Source: Dehalococcoidia bacterium (GTDB lineage Bacteria; Chloroflexota; Dehalococcoidia; GIF9; UBA5629). From it: DNA of 38,166 bases. The notes under the pieces were generated by a model, which was not told the DNA's origin, ran no database searches, and saw only the letters and a program-made list of their open reading frames with translations. Each line of letters begins with the position of its first letter. Position 1 is the first letter of the stretch. A program made the translations under genes and the position numbers. Below are positions 17,601 through 26,767 of this stretch, piece after piece. The stretch is from assembly GCA_016783155.1 (NCBI GenBank), contig JADHXB010000003.1, positions 1 to 38,166 of the forward strand, read 5' to 3'.

Positions 17601-18134
17601 ATGGTTAAACGCAACATCAAACCTGGGTCGGCCGGTGACCAAGGTGTGGACGTTAAGCTTGAAAGATGTAGGATAAAAAATGCTCCACCGGAAGAGTTTT
17701 GCAAGCAAGTAATAGCCCTCCCTCAATTGGGCTATGAGGTCGAGGATTTAAGTGATGGGAGGAAGATAGTATTAACGAAGCCTGGGGGGAAAAGTGTTAA
17801 CGATATAATGGTGTGGGTTTACGAAGGGCCTGGTGGTACTCACTGGCGACCAAGCCACGGCCAAATAAAGAAAGATCTTCAACTCAAACTTAGCTATCAT
17901 AAGGATAATGGGCTGGCTATTATTGAAGCCCTCGAAAAAGTCTACGAAGGCGTAGAGCCAGACGACATATTATCGGCTGATCCACTGCTTGCCCGGAATC
18001 TCCCTGGGCTGCCAGTTGATTTAATATTGAAAGCATATAAGTGGATTTGGGCACAGGAGGATATGAATTACCCTCCCCCCAGATTTGAAGGAAGAGCCAT
18101 GTCGATGAGAGGAATTCGGGAACTGAAAGAATAA
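17601..18134 (+). CDS. Hypothetical protein (177 aa) next to the MTase/glycosylase pair
   Basis: Clean ORF; KPGGK...D..VW...PSH...KWIWAQED.NY...GR segments; function not recognised. Confidence 0.7.
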   Translation: MVKRNIKPGSAGDQGVDVKLERCRIKNAPPEEFCKQVIALPQLGYEVEDLSDGRKIVLTKPGGKSVNDIMVWVYEGPGGTHWRPSHGQIKKDLQLKLSYHKDNGLAIIEALEKVYEGVEPDDILSADPLLARNLPGLPVDLILKAYKWIWAQEDMNYPPPRFEGRAMSMRGIRELKE

Positions 18135-18172
18135 TTCAGTTGGTCTTTTTGTTTTGTTGAACAACTATATTT

Positions 18173-18192
18173 TGCTAATATTTTGCTAATAT
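18173..18192. repeat. Putative integrase arm-type sites, right
   Basis: Identical 20-mer to 192-211, same orientation. Confidence 0.7.
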
Positions 18193-18309
18193 ACTGACTG
18201 CCACTTACAATAATCAAAAAGCATTCTAGCTTCAAAACGACCCTGCTCCTAAAAACCAAAAACCACCATTTCCTATTTGGAATCATCAGGTGGGACGTTG
18301 GACTCTGAA

Positions 18310-18351
18310 TTCGTAAACCGCCGGTCGTCAGTTCGACTCTGACCGCTGGCT
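18310..18351 (+). repeat. attR core (42 bp), displaced 3' half of tRNA-Thr followed by CCA (18352-18354)
   Basis: Identical to 130-171. Confidence 0.95.
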
Positions 18352-18457
18352 CCACAGATTTAAAAAGCCCCTAAATGGTTTTTTCCGCGGATTTGATATC
18401 CTAAACAGAAGGCAGTCCAGGTCTGATAAAAATTCCTTGATCAAGCACGAGGTTATC

Positions 18458-20416
18458 TTACCATATGTTCTCTTCAGGGAAATCCATGTGTTGAACGAAG
18501 TATTGATTGAAGTCGTGGCGGTAGGAAAGCTCGACATGCTCCATGAAGTTGACCACGTCTTTTGCCATTTGCCAGTACTTCTTGGATAAAAGGACCATTG
18601 AGGCTCCCAGGCTGGCAGTGTTTCCTAACGACTTGATGAGCTTCACGTTAATCCCGGGGAGAAGGCCGATGCGCAAGGTGCTGATGGGGTCAATGTAATT
18701 CCCCAGCGCCCCAGCTAGATATACATGGCTGATATCCTCAAACCCAATGCCTAGTTCATCCATCAGTGTGTGCACACCGGCAGCTACAGCCCCTTTGGCA
18801 AGCTGAAGCTCGCGAACATCTTTTTGAGTAAGGTATATCGGTCGGCCATAGAAGCCTTCTTCTTCAGAGGCAATGAGAAAATCATAGCAGTATGACCGCT
18901 TAATCACTCTTGAATTTAAATCCTGATATTCTGCTTTTTGAGTTGGGCGAATCAAGCCTTCGGGGTCAATTACACCACAATGTAATAAAACTGCCACCAG
19001 GTCGACCAGTCCACTCCCGCATATACCTTTAGGCTTGATATTCCCGATTACACGATAATGCAATTGGCCCTCTTCGATTCTAACGCCTTCCAATGCACCC
19101 GCCTTGGCTATCATCCCGGAGGAGATTCGCGCTCCTTCCAGGGCAGGACCTGCAGCCGCTGAACATGTCAAAAGCCTTTTGCCATTGCCTAGGAATATCT
19201 CCACATTGGTACCAAGGTCCAGTCCAAGTATGACTTCATCTTTTTGTTCAGCAATGCCCGAGTTGAGCACAAAGCTAATCAGATCCCCGCCAATATAGCC
19301 AGATTTCGTGGGCATAGTATAAAGCAAGGCTGATAGATTCAATTCGAGTCCAACATCTGCCGCATTCACAATCAATCCATCAGTTACCGCAGGTATAAAT
19401 GGCGCTTCGGCTATTCCATGGGGGGGTAGGTTCAACAGAAAGTGCTGCATGGTGGTGTTTCCTGCGGCAACAGCAATGAGGATATCCTCTTTCTTGAGTC
19501 CAGCAGTTTTGAGAAGGTGCTTGGTTATGTTGTTAAGATCGTTGACAAGGAGATTGTGCAAAAAGTCCAGACCTCTGGGATTCTGTTTAACGTAGTTGAG
19601 GCGGCTGATTACGTCTGAGCCGTGCCATCTCTGCCTATTGAGGCAGGAGTCGACAGCAGCCTCACTGCCATTTGACAAGTTGATTAGTTTACCCACAATG
19701 GTGCTGGTGCCGAGGTCAAAGACCAAGCCATATCCGTGTTTTGATTTCTCCGGCTCTTGCCACGCAATCAAAGAGTTATTATGGAGTACAGCCACCCCAC
19801 TGAACTTAGTCTTCTTCAACATCTGGGGTAGTGTGCGAAGACAGTGAATCGAGGCTTGCAGGTCGCTGTATTCGGCGCCCAGCCCCATCCTCACCCAGTT
19901 TAAATCTGATATCTTGCCATTTTGTGATTCAGTGGGCAAGGTTACAGGTCGTCTCTCAATAAGTGGCTCAAGCTGCGAAATTGGAATATATCTACTACGG
20001 AGAACATGGCTGGTGGTTAGAATCTTGAGATAGTCCAGCTCTGTGTCTGTCTTCTCTGTTGAGATAGCCAAATCTCGCTTTGCTTTGGTACGGCAGGCAA
20101 GACGGATACCCTGTTCCAGTTCGACTTTATCAAGTAGCCCCTTCTCCGCGCTGGTTGGTGGGCCAACGACTGAAAGAATCTTGATTTTACATTTGCCGCA
20201 GTTGCCTATTCCACCGCAATCGCTATCCAGCTCCATGTCCGCCTTATACAGTGCTGCCCATAAAGTCTCCCCATACTCAGCTGGCACCCAGATATCCTTA
20301 GGGTATACATGCAGCCAGATGCGCCTCGGCCTGCGTTCTTTTTGCGGACGCGGTTTTCTCGCCTGCTTGTTCCCCTTATGTGTAGGGGGTTGGATATTTT
20401 TAGCGTTAGCTACCAT
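18458..20416 (-). CDS. ASKHA-domain ATP-dependent corrinoid reductive activator (RACo/AcsV, DUF4445) with N-terminal 2Fe-2S domain
   Basis: CGGIGNCGKC...RLAC; DLGTST; GNTTMQH; DLGTNVE; AAGPALEG; GICGSG; DVRELQLAKGA. Confidence 0.93.
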   Translation of the reverse strand: MVANAKNIQPPTHKGNKQARKPRPQKERRPRRIWLHVYPKDIWVPAEYGETLWAALYKADMELDSDCGGIGNCGKCKIKILSVVGPPTSAEKGLLDKVELEQGIRLACRTKAKRDLAISTEKTDTELDYLKILTTSHVLRSRYIPISQLEPLIERRPVTLPTESQNGKISDLNWVRMGLGAEYSDLQASIHCLRTLPQMLKKTKFSGVAVLHNNSLIAWQEPEKSKHGYGLVFDLGTSTIVGKLINLSNGSEAAVDSCLNRQRWHGSDVISRLNYVKQNPRGLDFLHNLLVNDLNNITKHLLKTAGLKKEDILIAVAAGNTTMQHFLLNLPPHGIAEAPFIPAVTDGLIVNAADVGLELNLSALLYTMPTKSGYIGGDLISFVLNSGIAEQKDEVILGLDLGTNVEIFLGNGKRLLTCSAAAGPALEGARISSGMIAKAGALEGVRIEEGQLHYRVIGNIKPKGICGSGLVDLVAVLLHCGVIDPEGLIRPTQKAEYQDLNSRVIKRSYCYDFLIASEEEGFYGRPIYLTQKDVRELQLAKGAVAAGVHTLMDELGIGFEDISHVYLAGALGNYIDPISTLRIGLLPGINVKLIKSLGNTASLGASMVLLSKKYWQMAKDVVNFMEHVELSYRHDFNQYFVQHMDFPEENIW

Positions 20417-21021
20417 GCATCACCCTTGAGCAATTCAGTAAGTGTCTTTTCAATATGGGAATAATCCGCATCTTGAATCTCCAGGGATAACCCTAGTAAT
20501 TGGGCCAGTTCGTTGGCTCTGGGTACAAGGTTCTTGTCTGAAGGCTGGCGTATATAGAGCAGCTTCTTGTAGTGTTCAAAACATTGCCGTCGCATTTCCT
20601 CATCCTGGAGCTCCAGGGGGCCCATGCAGAAATCTTCGAAGTTGATAATCAGCCCCTCCTCCAAAAAGTAGGTTCCCGTTGTCTCATCAATGAGCTGCTT
20701 GAACCGCTCGCTGCCGAGAAGCATTTCGTAGCAGTAAGAGCCGGGCACCTTGATAATCCGGTGCCGTTTGCAGAAGCCATCTATGTCCGGAAAACACTCT
20801 CCGTAGAGGCATATTATCCGTTCACCTTTTGCTTGGGCTCTGCTTACCTCACGTTGCAGGCATTTCTTTAACTCCGCGGGTTTAAGATGCAATCTGGCTG
20901 GCAAATAGGTCAAACGCATATTGTGATACTTTTTCTTCAGTTGAAGATGTTCAATTGCCAGCATAAACACGGCGCAAGCGATGATATTGGTGATTCCTTC
21001 TGTTTTATCCGATGTTGTCAT
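20410..21021 (-). CDS. DUF1638-domain protein
   Basis: IIAC...LH..P..L...YG.C...CYEMLLG...GTYFL; corrinoid-operon context. Confidence 0.8.
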   Translation of the reverse strand: MTTSDKTEGITNIIACAVFMLAIEHLQLKKKYHNMRLTYLPARLHLKPAELKKCLQREVSRAQAKGERIICLYGECFPDIDGFCKRHRIIKVPGSYCYEMLLGSERFKQLIDETTGTYFLEEGLIINFEDFCMGPLELQDEEMRRQCFEHYKKLLYIRQPSDKNLVPRANELAQLLGLSLEIQDADYSHIEKTLTELLKGDAW

Positions 21022-21022
21022 T

Positions 21023-22468
21023 TCAGATATTCCGTATTTCAGGAAAAGCCTTTCTTACCTCCAGGAGCAAATCCGGGTCTAAAAGACCCTCCTCGACCTC
21101 CTCACGTTCTGTCAGAATATTATGAACCAGGTCGTTGGCACGGCTCAACATGGTGGGACGCCCTCGTTCCTCCCAGATATCAAAGTTACAGCGCACACTT
21201 AAGGCAGGGTAGAAAAATTCCTCCATCATATGCTCAACAGTATGTTCTTCCATAACATAATTTCCGCCGGGACCAGCTTGCTCTATTACATCTAAGCTGA
21301 GAGTGTCTTTGTTCACCCTAATGCCGGAAAGCACTCTGTATACCATCCCAATGATTTCGTTGTCTATAGTATATTGTTCATAAGAAATGGAATTGCCTGA
21401 ATCCAGCATTCCAGCTGCCAGGAGAATGCAATCTGCTCCGGCCATAGCAACCATCAGGTTGGAAAAACTCTTCTCAACGCCTGATTGAATGTCAGGTCTT
21501 TTAGCCTCGGTGACTCCTGCAGAGGCACGAATAGGCAAGTTATAGAGCTTTGCCAACTGGACTGCAGAAGCACCCATCATGCCCATTTCTGTTGAGCCCA
21601 TGGCAAACTCAATGTTCCGTAAATCCATAGTGGCGGGCACGGCACCGTAAAGCACCTTGGCTCCAGGGGAGAACACCTGTGTGATAGCTACTCCTGCCAG
21701 CGCTTCAGCATGCATCTGGGCGAGGGTACCTGCCAAGGTAGCTGGCGAAGTGGCTCCAGCTATAGGTGCCGACGCGCAGGTTACGGGAATACCATGTGTA
21801 GCACAGAAACTGAGAATGTTGGCGGCGTTAGGCCCGATGGTGAGTGGGCTTACCGGGTTGGTGATCACAGAAAAGAAGGGCTTTTCTCTGAGTCTTTCTT
21901 CCCCACCAGCGATTAAACTGGCTAGTTTCCAGACTTGCCTTACTCCTTCCAGATTATCGCAGCCTCCCATCACGTGCTTGGTAGTATTGTTGAAAGCGTT
22001 ACAGAAGTCGTTCAAATGATAATGTTGCGGTTCCACGTCATGTGCCTGGCACGCGATGACATAGAATCGAATATGTTCCAGGTGATTCACCAGCATGGCA
22101 GTGCGAGCTATGTCTCTCAGCATGGTGAGGCGGTAACCGCCATTCGCTATATCGAGAATGCGAAATACCCGCCCCCCATTAGCGAAGTGGACTTCACCTT
22201 CCCCCAGGGACAGATCATTCTTTTCGTCTCTGGAATACAGGGTAAACTGGGATGGGGCACGACTGAGAAGCTTATCAAGCCATTCCTCTTTAAAACGCAG
22301 TCTCTGATTATGGTGATTTACCTGTGCTCCTGCCTTCTTCAACTTGTCGAGGATAGCGTCATCTTTGATTCTTATACCGATGCGCTCCAGTATCTGACGG
22401 CTTGTCTGGTCAATTCTTCTTACATCTGCGGGTGTAAGCGGTTTGAAAACTGGTAAGCTCCTTCCCAT
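21023..22468 (-). CDS. mttB: Trimethylamine methyltransferase (MttB) superfamily protein, non-pyrrolysine
   Basis: NTTKH, SPL, GATSPATLAG..AQ..AE.LAG, AK.PD.QSG.EK, GPGGNY; no internal amber. Confidence 0.92.
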   Translation of the reverse strand: MGRSLPVFKPLTPADVRRIDQTSRQILERIGIRIKDDAILDKLKKAGAQVNHHNQRLRFKEEWLDKLLSRAPSQFTLYSRDEKNDLSLGEGEVHFANGGRVFRILDIANGGYRLTMLRDIARTAMLVNHLEHIRFYVIACQAHDVEPQHYHLNDFCNAFNNTTKHVMGGCDNLEGVRQVWKLASLIAGGEERLREKPFFSVITNPVSPLTIGPNAANILSFCATHGIPVTCASAPIAGATSPATLAGTLAQMHAEALAGVAITQVFSPGAKVLYGAVPATMDLRNIEFAMGSTEMGMMGASAVQLAKLYNLPIRASAGVTEAKRPDIQSGVEKSFSNLMVAMAGADCILLAAGMLDSGNSISYEQYTIDNEIIGMVYRVLSGIRVNKDTLSLDVIEQAGPGGNYVMEEHTVEHMMEEFFYPALSVRCNFDIWEERGRPTMLSRANDLVHNILTEREEVEEGLLDPDLLLEVRKAFPEIRNI

Positions 22469-22482
22469 ATTTGAACTTCCCG

Positions 22483-23931
22483 TCAGTGCGGTTGGAGGAT
22501 TTGCTCGATTCCTTTGAGCACTTCAGTGGACTTGGGTTCTACTTGATGTTCCGACAGGATTCTCTTGGCCTCGATGTTGCAGTGCTTATAGAGGTCGGAA
22601 GACCCCGATTCCTCCCAGGAATCGTAGCGGAAACGATCCAGAAGCTTCGGCAAAAACTGAGCTTGCATGAAGTGTTCAAAGGTATGGTCGTCCATTAAGA
22701 AAATGGAACCGGGGGCACCAGTTGCTATCCTCTCTATGGCTTCCAGAGCCAAGGTTTCCTCATTGACTGTAATACCGTCGGTAAAGAAACGGCTCATGGC
22801 GATTAGTTCATTGGCCATAGTCACCATCTCAAGGGAGGAGGTGCTCCCATATTCAAGGAAACCCACATCGTGGATTAAATTAGCCCGGGAAAGCATGGCG
22901 GTGACAATGGAGAACATAGCCTCAGCCCCTGCTTGAGCATCCATTACTTTTGCATCGGAGGCTCCAGCATAAGCCCAGATGGGCAGGCCATAGAGTTCAT
23001 CGCGCATGTCGGCAAGAGCCGCCTGCGTCAGGCTCCATTCGGGGCACCCGTACGACACGATAGTTGATTTCATGTCCAGAGTACTGACATTGGGGCCAAA
23101 CAGGAAGGGAGAACCTTTGCCAACAAGTTGGTGTACCACCAATCCTACCAAATTCTCGGCTATTCCCAGAGCCATTGCTCCGGCAAGTGTGACCGGTGCT
23201 CCGCCTCCGGCATTAGATCCAGAGGGGAGGCAGATGGGTATCCTCTTTTCGGCACAGAAAATGAGCCTGTCCATAACGTTTTCAGGAAAGCGCAGTGGGC
23301 TGATGGCTTCTGAATAATTGAGGATAAATGGTTTTTTCTGCAGCGCTTCTTCGCCCCCCACCACTTGGCAGGCAATCTGGTATATTTTAGCGATGTCTCT
23401 ACCACTATCCGCGATAAACACAATCGGTTTATTGGTATTTTTTACCATCTCAGCAAAAACATGGACGTAGATATCTTCGATAGGAGCATCTGCTGGATTT
23501 GACATGGACATGGCAAAATCCATGTTTTCCAGCCCATCGACGAGCTTGGCAAAATTGGCGGCATCTTTTAGGGTAGATCTGCGGCGCTCGCCTGTCTCAA
23601 CGTCAACAGTAAAAGTAGCGTCTGAACCAGTACCATAGAAATAGTTGCCGTTAACCAGAGGCATGGTTTTGTTACCCTTCTGGTCATAGAGGTCAATCTG
23701 CCTGGGAGCTGAACTCAATGCATCTTCAACGAGCTTGGCAGGAATCCTAACCCAACCTTGGTCGCTGACCTTGCAGCCAGCACTGACTAGTGTTCCCAGC
23801 GCACCCGGGTGTTCCATCTTGACCCCTGTCTTTTCCAGGATTTCTAAAGCAGCATTATGGATTGCCAGTATCTGCTCACGATTTAGCACTTTCAGCCGGG
23901 GGCGAAAGGTTGGAACCTCCGTGGGTTTCAT
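22483..23931 (-). CDS. mttB: MttB superfamily methyltransferase, non-pyrrolysine
   Basis: SPL, APVTLAG, SDAK..DAQAG.E, LIHDVG. Confidence 0.92.
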   Translation of the reverse strand: MKPTEVPTFRPRLKVLNREQILAIHNAALEILEKTGVKMEHPGALGTLVSAGCKVSDQGWVRIPAKLVEDALSSAPRQIDLYDQKGNKTMPLVNGNYFYGTGSDATFTVDVETGERRRSTLKDAANFAKLVDGLENMDFAMSMSNPADAPIEDIYVHVFAEMVKNTNKPIVFIADSGRDIAKIYQIACQVVGGEEALQKKPFILNYSEAISPLRFPENVMDRLIFCAEKRIPICLPSGSNAGGGAPVTLAGAMALGIAENLVGLVVHQLVGKGSPFLFGPNVSTLDMKSTIVSYGCPEWSLTQAALADMRDELYGLPIWAYAGASDAKVMDAQAGAEAMFSIVTAMLSRANLIHDVGFLEYGSTSSLEMVTMANELIAMSRFFTDGITVNEETLALEAIERIATGAPGSIFLMDDHTFEHFMQAQFLPKLLDRFRYDSWEESGSSDLYKHCNIEAKRILSEHQVEPKSTEVLKGIEQILQPH

Positions 23932-23956
23932 AGTTCACCTCTTCATTGATATATTC

Positions 23957-24595
23957 TCAGGAGATACCAAGCAGTGCTTTGGCTTTATTCACGGCGGAAC
24001 CTGCGTCGGATGCATATGAGTCCGCATTTATCTGCTGTGCGTATTTTTCGGTAACAGGAGCGCCACCAATCATTACCTTAGCTTTATCTCTTAGCCCGGC
24101 TTTCTGCAGTGCCTCGATGGTCTGAGCCATGGCTGGCATAGTGGTGGAGAGTAACGCAGACAAAGCGATTATATCTGGTTTTACCTCTCTTGTCTTCTCC
24201 ACAAACTTCTCAGGGGATACGTCCACTCCCATATCTGTTATAGTGAATCCTGCACCCTCCAACATCATTGAAACCAGGTTCTTGCCGATGTCATGCAGGT
24301 CTCCCTTGACCGTCCCAATCAGCACCTTTCCCTTGGAGAGGACATCACCTTCCTGGAAGAACGGCTGGAGCAATTTAGTGCACTCTTGCATGGTCTTGGC
24401 GGAGCGTAGCATCTGCGGAACAAACAGGAGCCCCTTGGAAAATTTATCGCCCACCTCGTTCATAGCAGTAATGAGTCCCTTATTGAGAATCTCCTCAGCG
24501 CTGCTGCCGGCATCTAGAGCTTTCTGGGCTTCCACCAGAGCCGTCTTGGTATCTCCCTTATTCACAGCTTCAGATAGTGCCTTAAAGTCGCTCAT
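23957..24595 (-). CDS. Corrinoid (B12-binding) protein
   Basis: GTVKGDLHDIGKNLV, SALL, GGAP; AAAGGAGG RBS supports ATG 24595. Confidence 0.95.
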   Translation of the reverse strand: MSDFKALSEAVNKGDTKTALVEAQKALDAGSSAEEILNKGLITAMNEVGDKFSKGLLFVPQMLRSAKTMQECTKLLQPFFQEGDVLSKGKVLIGTVKGDLHDIGKNLVSMMLEGAGFTITDMGVDVSPEKFVEKTREVKPDIIALSALLSTTMPAMAQTIEALQKAGLRDKAKVMIGGAPVTEKYAQQINADSYASDAGSAVNKAKALLGIS

Positions 24596-24698
24596 CTTCA
24601 ACCTCCTTTCGCTTGTTTTGGGGTTATTGATTGTTTGTTTAACACAGTTGGCCCTACGATGTCATAACCATCGACTGACGAATTATCAACCGTTGTGC

Positions 24699-25493
24699 TC
24701 ATGCAAGGCGGCCATTTTGATAGGCCTCAATATAGTTTCCACAGTATTCATCCCGGCCAAGAAGCATCTCCACCGTAATCAGGGTTGTCATCAGTTCCTT
24801 ATCAGTCGGGTCCAAAATTACAGCGGACAGACCGTAGGAAATGCACAGAGCCAGAAAGTTGCGATTTATTATGCGACGTTCCGGTAGACCGAAGGAGACG
24901 TTGGAAAGGCCACAGATGGTATTCACGCCCGGGAAATCGTGCATGATTTTCCTGATAGCTCCGAGTGCAGCTAGTCCCATGTTAACATCTACGGAGATAG
25001 GTTGTATCAGAGGGTCCACATAAATCATCTCGAGGGGAGTGCCTGCATCGGTAAGCTTTTTGATAAGTTTCGAACTTACCGCCACCCTTTCTTCCACGGT
25101 GGTAGGCATAGATGTTTGGGACATACAGAGTGCGACCACGTGGCAGGGTTGAGCGGAGATTACGGGAAGAAGGGATTGGAGCCGGTCTTCCTCAAGTGAA
25201 ATGGAATTGATCATCGGCACGCCTTGGTGGTGCTTTATCGCTTCGGCCAGGGCATTTGGGTTGGGACTATCCAGCGCCAGAGGTATGTCAATTTCACTCT
25301 GCACTGTCTCAACCAGCCAGCTTAGGCAATCTGCCTCTTTGTCCAAAAAGGTCCCGGCGTTGACGTCAATATAATGAGCACCAGCTTCGGCCTGCTCGCG
25401 AGCTATTCTGATGATGAATGAGGCATCACGATTCTTGACAGCCTCTTCGATGCTCTTCCGGCTGGTATTTATTTTCTCTCCTACGATTATCAC
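24699..25493 (-). CDS. Methyltetrahydrofolate:corrinoid methyltransferase (AcsE-like, pterin-binding TIM barrel)
   Basis: IVGEKIN, IDVNAG, LDS, INSI, DP, GLSNVSFGLP.R. Confidence 0.92.
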   Translation of the reverse strand: MIIVGEKINTSRKSIEEAVKNRDASFIIRIAREQAEAGAHYIDVNAGTFLDKEADCLSWLVETVQSEIDIPLALDSPNPNALAEAIKHHQGVPMINSISLEEDRLQSLLPVISAQPCHVVALCMSQTSMPTTVEERVAVSSKLIKKLTDAGTPLEMIYVDPLIQPISVDVNMGLAALGAIRKIMHDFPGVNTICGLSNVSFGLPERRIINRNFLALCISYGLSAVILDPTDKELMTTLITVEMLLGRDEYCGNYIEAYQNGRLA

Positions 25494-26008
25494 CGTTAGT
25501 CCACTTTTTGGATTTTATGTTTACGCTAGCACTATGGATGCCACAAGTAATTGTCGTCTGGATGGTGTTGCCACGCACTATCACTATACTGGGAATTTTA
25601 TTGTCAGTGCAAGTTTTTGCCAAGGCATGGGGTTGCTTTAATGGCGTCTGCTCTTTACGTTTTTCTGTCCGTTCACCCCCTCTGGATCCCTGGTCTAATA
25701 TTAAACCGGATAACAAAGGCTTATCTTGTTGTAACTTACCTGGTTCTGGGAATTGACCCAAGCGAAACCTTATACTCCTCAACAGGGAGGGGTGGATATG
25801 AGCAGTAAAGGGCACATAGTAGGACAAGATTGCTGACAGCTACTGGTGGCATGAACTTATCACGGGCCGCAGGATTAGTTAAGATGCTCGGGGTTCCTAT
25901 GCCCAAGAATCCTGTTCCTTTTTGCGACTGTTCCAGCACGCTTTGCACAAAATAGCTCTGTATGGGGGAGATTGGCGGCCCCCCGTAATCCCAGAATGAA
26001 TACCTACT

Positions 26009-26326
26009 TCACTCCTCGAGCTCCTCAATTGACTCGTCGTCGTGCTCTTTATACGCGGGGAAGTAATCTGCGAGATTAATGCCCTGAAAGTACACTTCGC
26101 AGAGCAACCTGCCGCCTTCTATGCCCTGCGGTGATTCCAATTCAACATTCTTGTTCTGCATAAGAATGGAAAGCTTCTGTTCAGCAGCGATTGCTCCCTT
26201 CCCACTCTTGGGAGCCTCGTAGCCTATCGCTTGCACAAGCTTTCCGGTTTCTCCGTCAAATTCCCAGGGAGGGGACACCTCAAACGTGTTTCCGTTAATA
26301 ACTGACTCAATCCTAAATGTCGCCAT
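26009..26326 (-). CDS. Thermonuclease (SNase)-like small protein, probably inactive
   Basis: VINGNTF (cf. VIDGDTF), GYEAPK, GRLLCEVY..G.N. Confidence 0.7.
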   Translation of the reverse strand: MATFRIESVINGNTFEVSPPWEFDGETGKLVQAIGYEAPKSGKGAIAAEQKLSILMQNKNVELESPQGIEGGRLLCEVYFQGINLADYFPAYKEHDDESIEELEE

Positions 26327-26482
26327 TACGTTCTCTCTGTGAACACGGCTACAGCCAGGTGCACCTCATAAACTATAAGGAATACAGATAACTAGCAACC
26401 TTTGGAGTTAATGGGGAAGGTCCGGCAACTCCTCTGTTATCACAACGGCAATTGATTGGGGGGTGCAAATTAGCATTCAATG

Positions 26483-26491
26483 TGATATAAT
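26483..26491 (+). promoter_or_regulatory. Extended -10 promoter (TGnTATAAT) for the rightward methyltransferase operon
   Basis: TGATATAAT about 280 nt upstream of the first gene. Confidence 0.5.
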
Positions 26492-26614
26492 ATACAGCAT
26501 CCAGGAGAACAAGTAAATAGTTACTAATGCGCGTCGGGAACGAGCCCAAAGCACCAGAGTGTCAAGTTAGGTGAGGGGCATATCCTAACGTTGAAGATAG
26601 TCGTACATGGTCGA

Positions 26615-26637
26615 AGGGCAATTTGCCCTGTTTTTTT
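26615..26637 (+). terminator. Intrinsic terminator-like hairpin in the operon leader
   Basis: AGGGCA-ATT-TGCCCT followed by GTTTTTTT. Confidence 0.6.
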
Positions 26638-26767
26638 GTGAATCACACCCCCTTAACTCCACCTGGTTTCGCCCCACCGCTTTTGCGCGGTTTATCTTGC
26701 ACCTGACGCAATTCACCTGGTGGCAATTTGTCTGATGGCATCGACTTTGATTTGTTGGATGGACAAC

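Larger units (their letters stand above)
130..18351. mobile_element. ~18.2 kb tRNA-Thr-integrated element (phage-satellite/IME-like genomic island)
   Basis: 42-bp direct repeats at both ends, integrase next to the tRNA, xis, rep, terS-like, TA and defence-type cargo. Confidence 0.93.

Noticed and set aside
130-18351. Complete prophage, ICE or reverse-transcriptase system (DGR/retron)
   Set aside because: No virion, T4SS/relaxase or reverse transcriptase genes recognisable between the att sites
18310-18354. Second tRNA gene
   Set aside because: Only the 3' half is present; this is attR
18068-18355. 95-aa ORF resembling the integrase C-terminus (ISKILA)
   Set aside because: It is the antisense shadow of attR and the arm repeats, not a gene
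24129-24887. 252-aa plus-strand ORF and other antisense ORFs (e.g. 15474-16019, 21935-22456, 36063-36452)
   Set aside because: They lie opposite well-supported genes and show no motifs or RBS
25608-25623. Sigma54 promoter on the minus strand (TTGGCAAAAACTTGCA)
   Set aside because: GG-to-GC spacing is 9 nt rather than the required 10
25426-25948. Short ORFs in the inter-operon region
   Set aside because: Mutually overlapping, no recognisable motifs or convincing RBS
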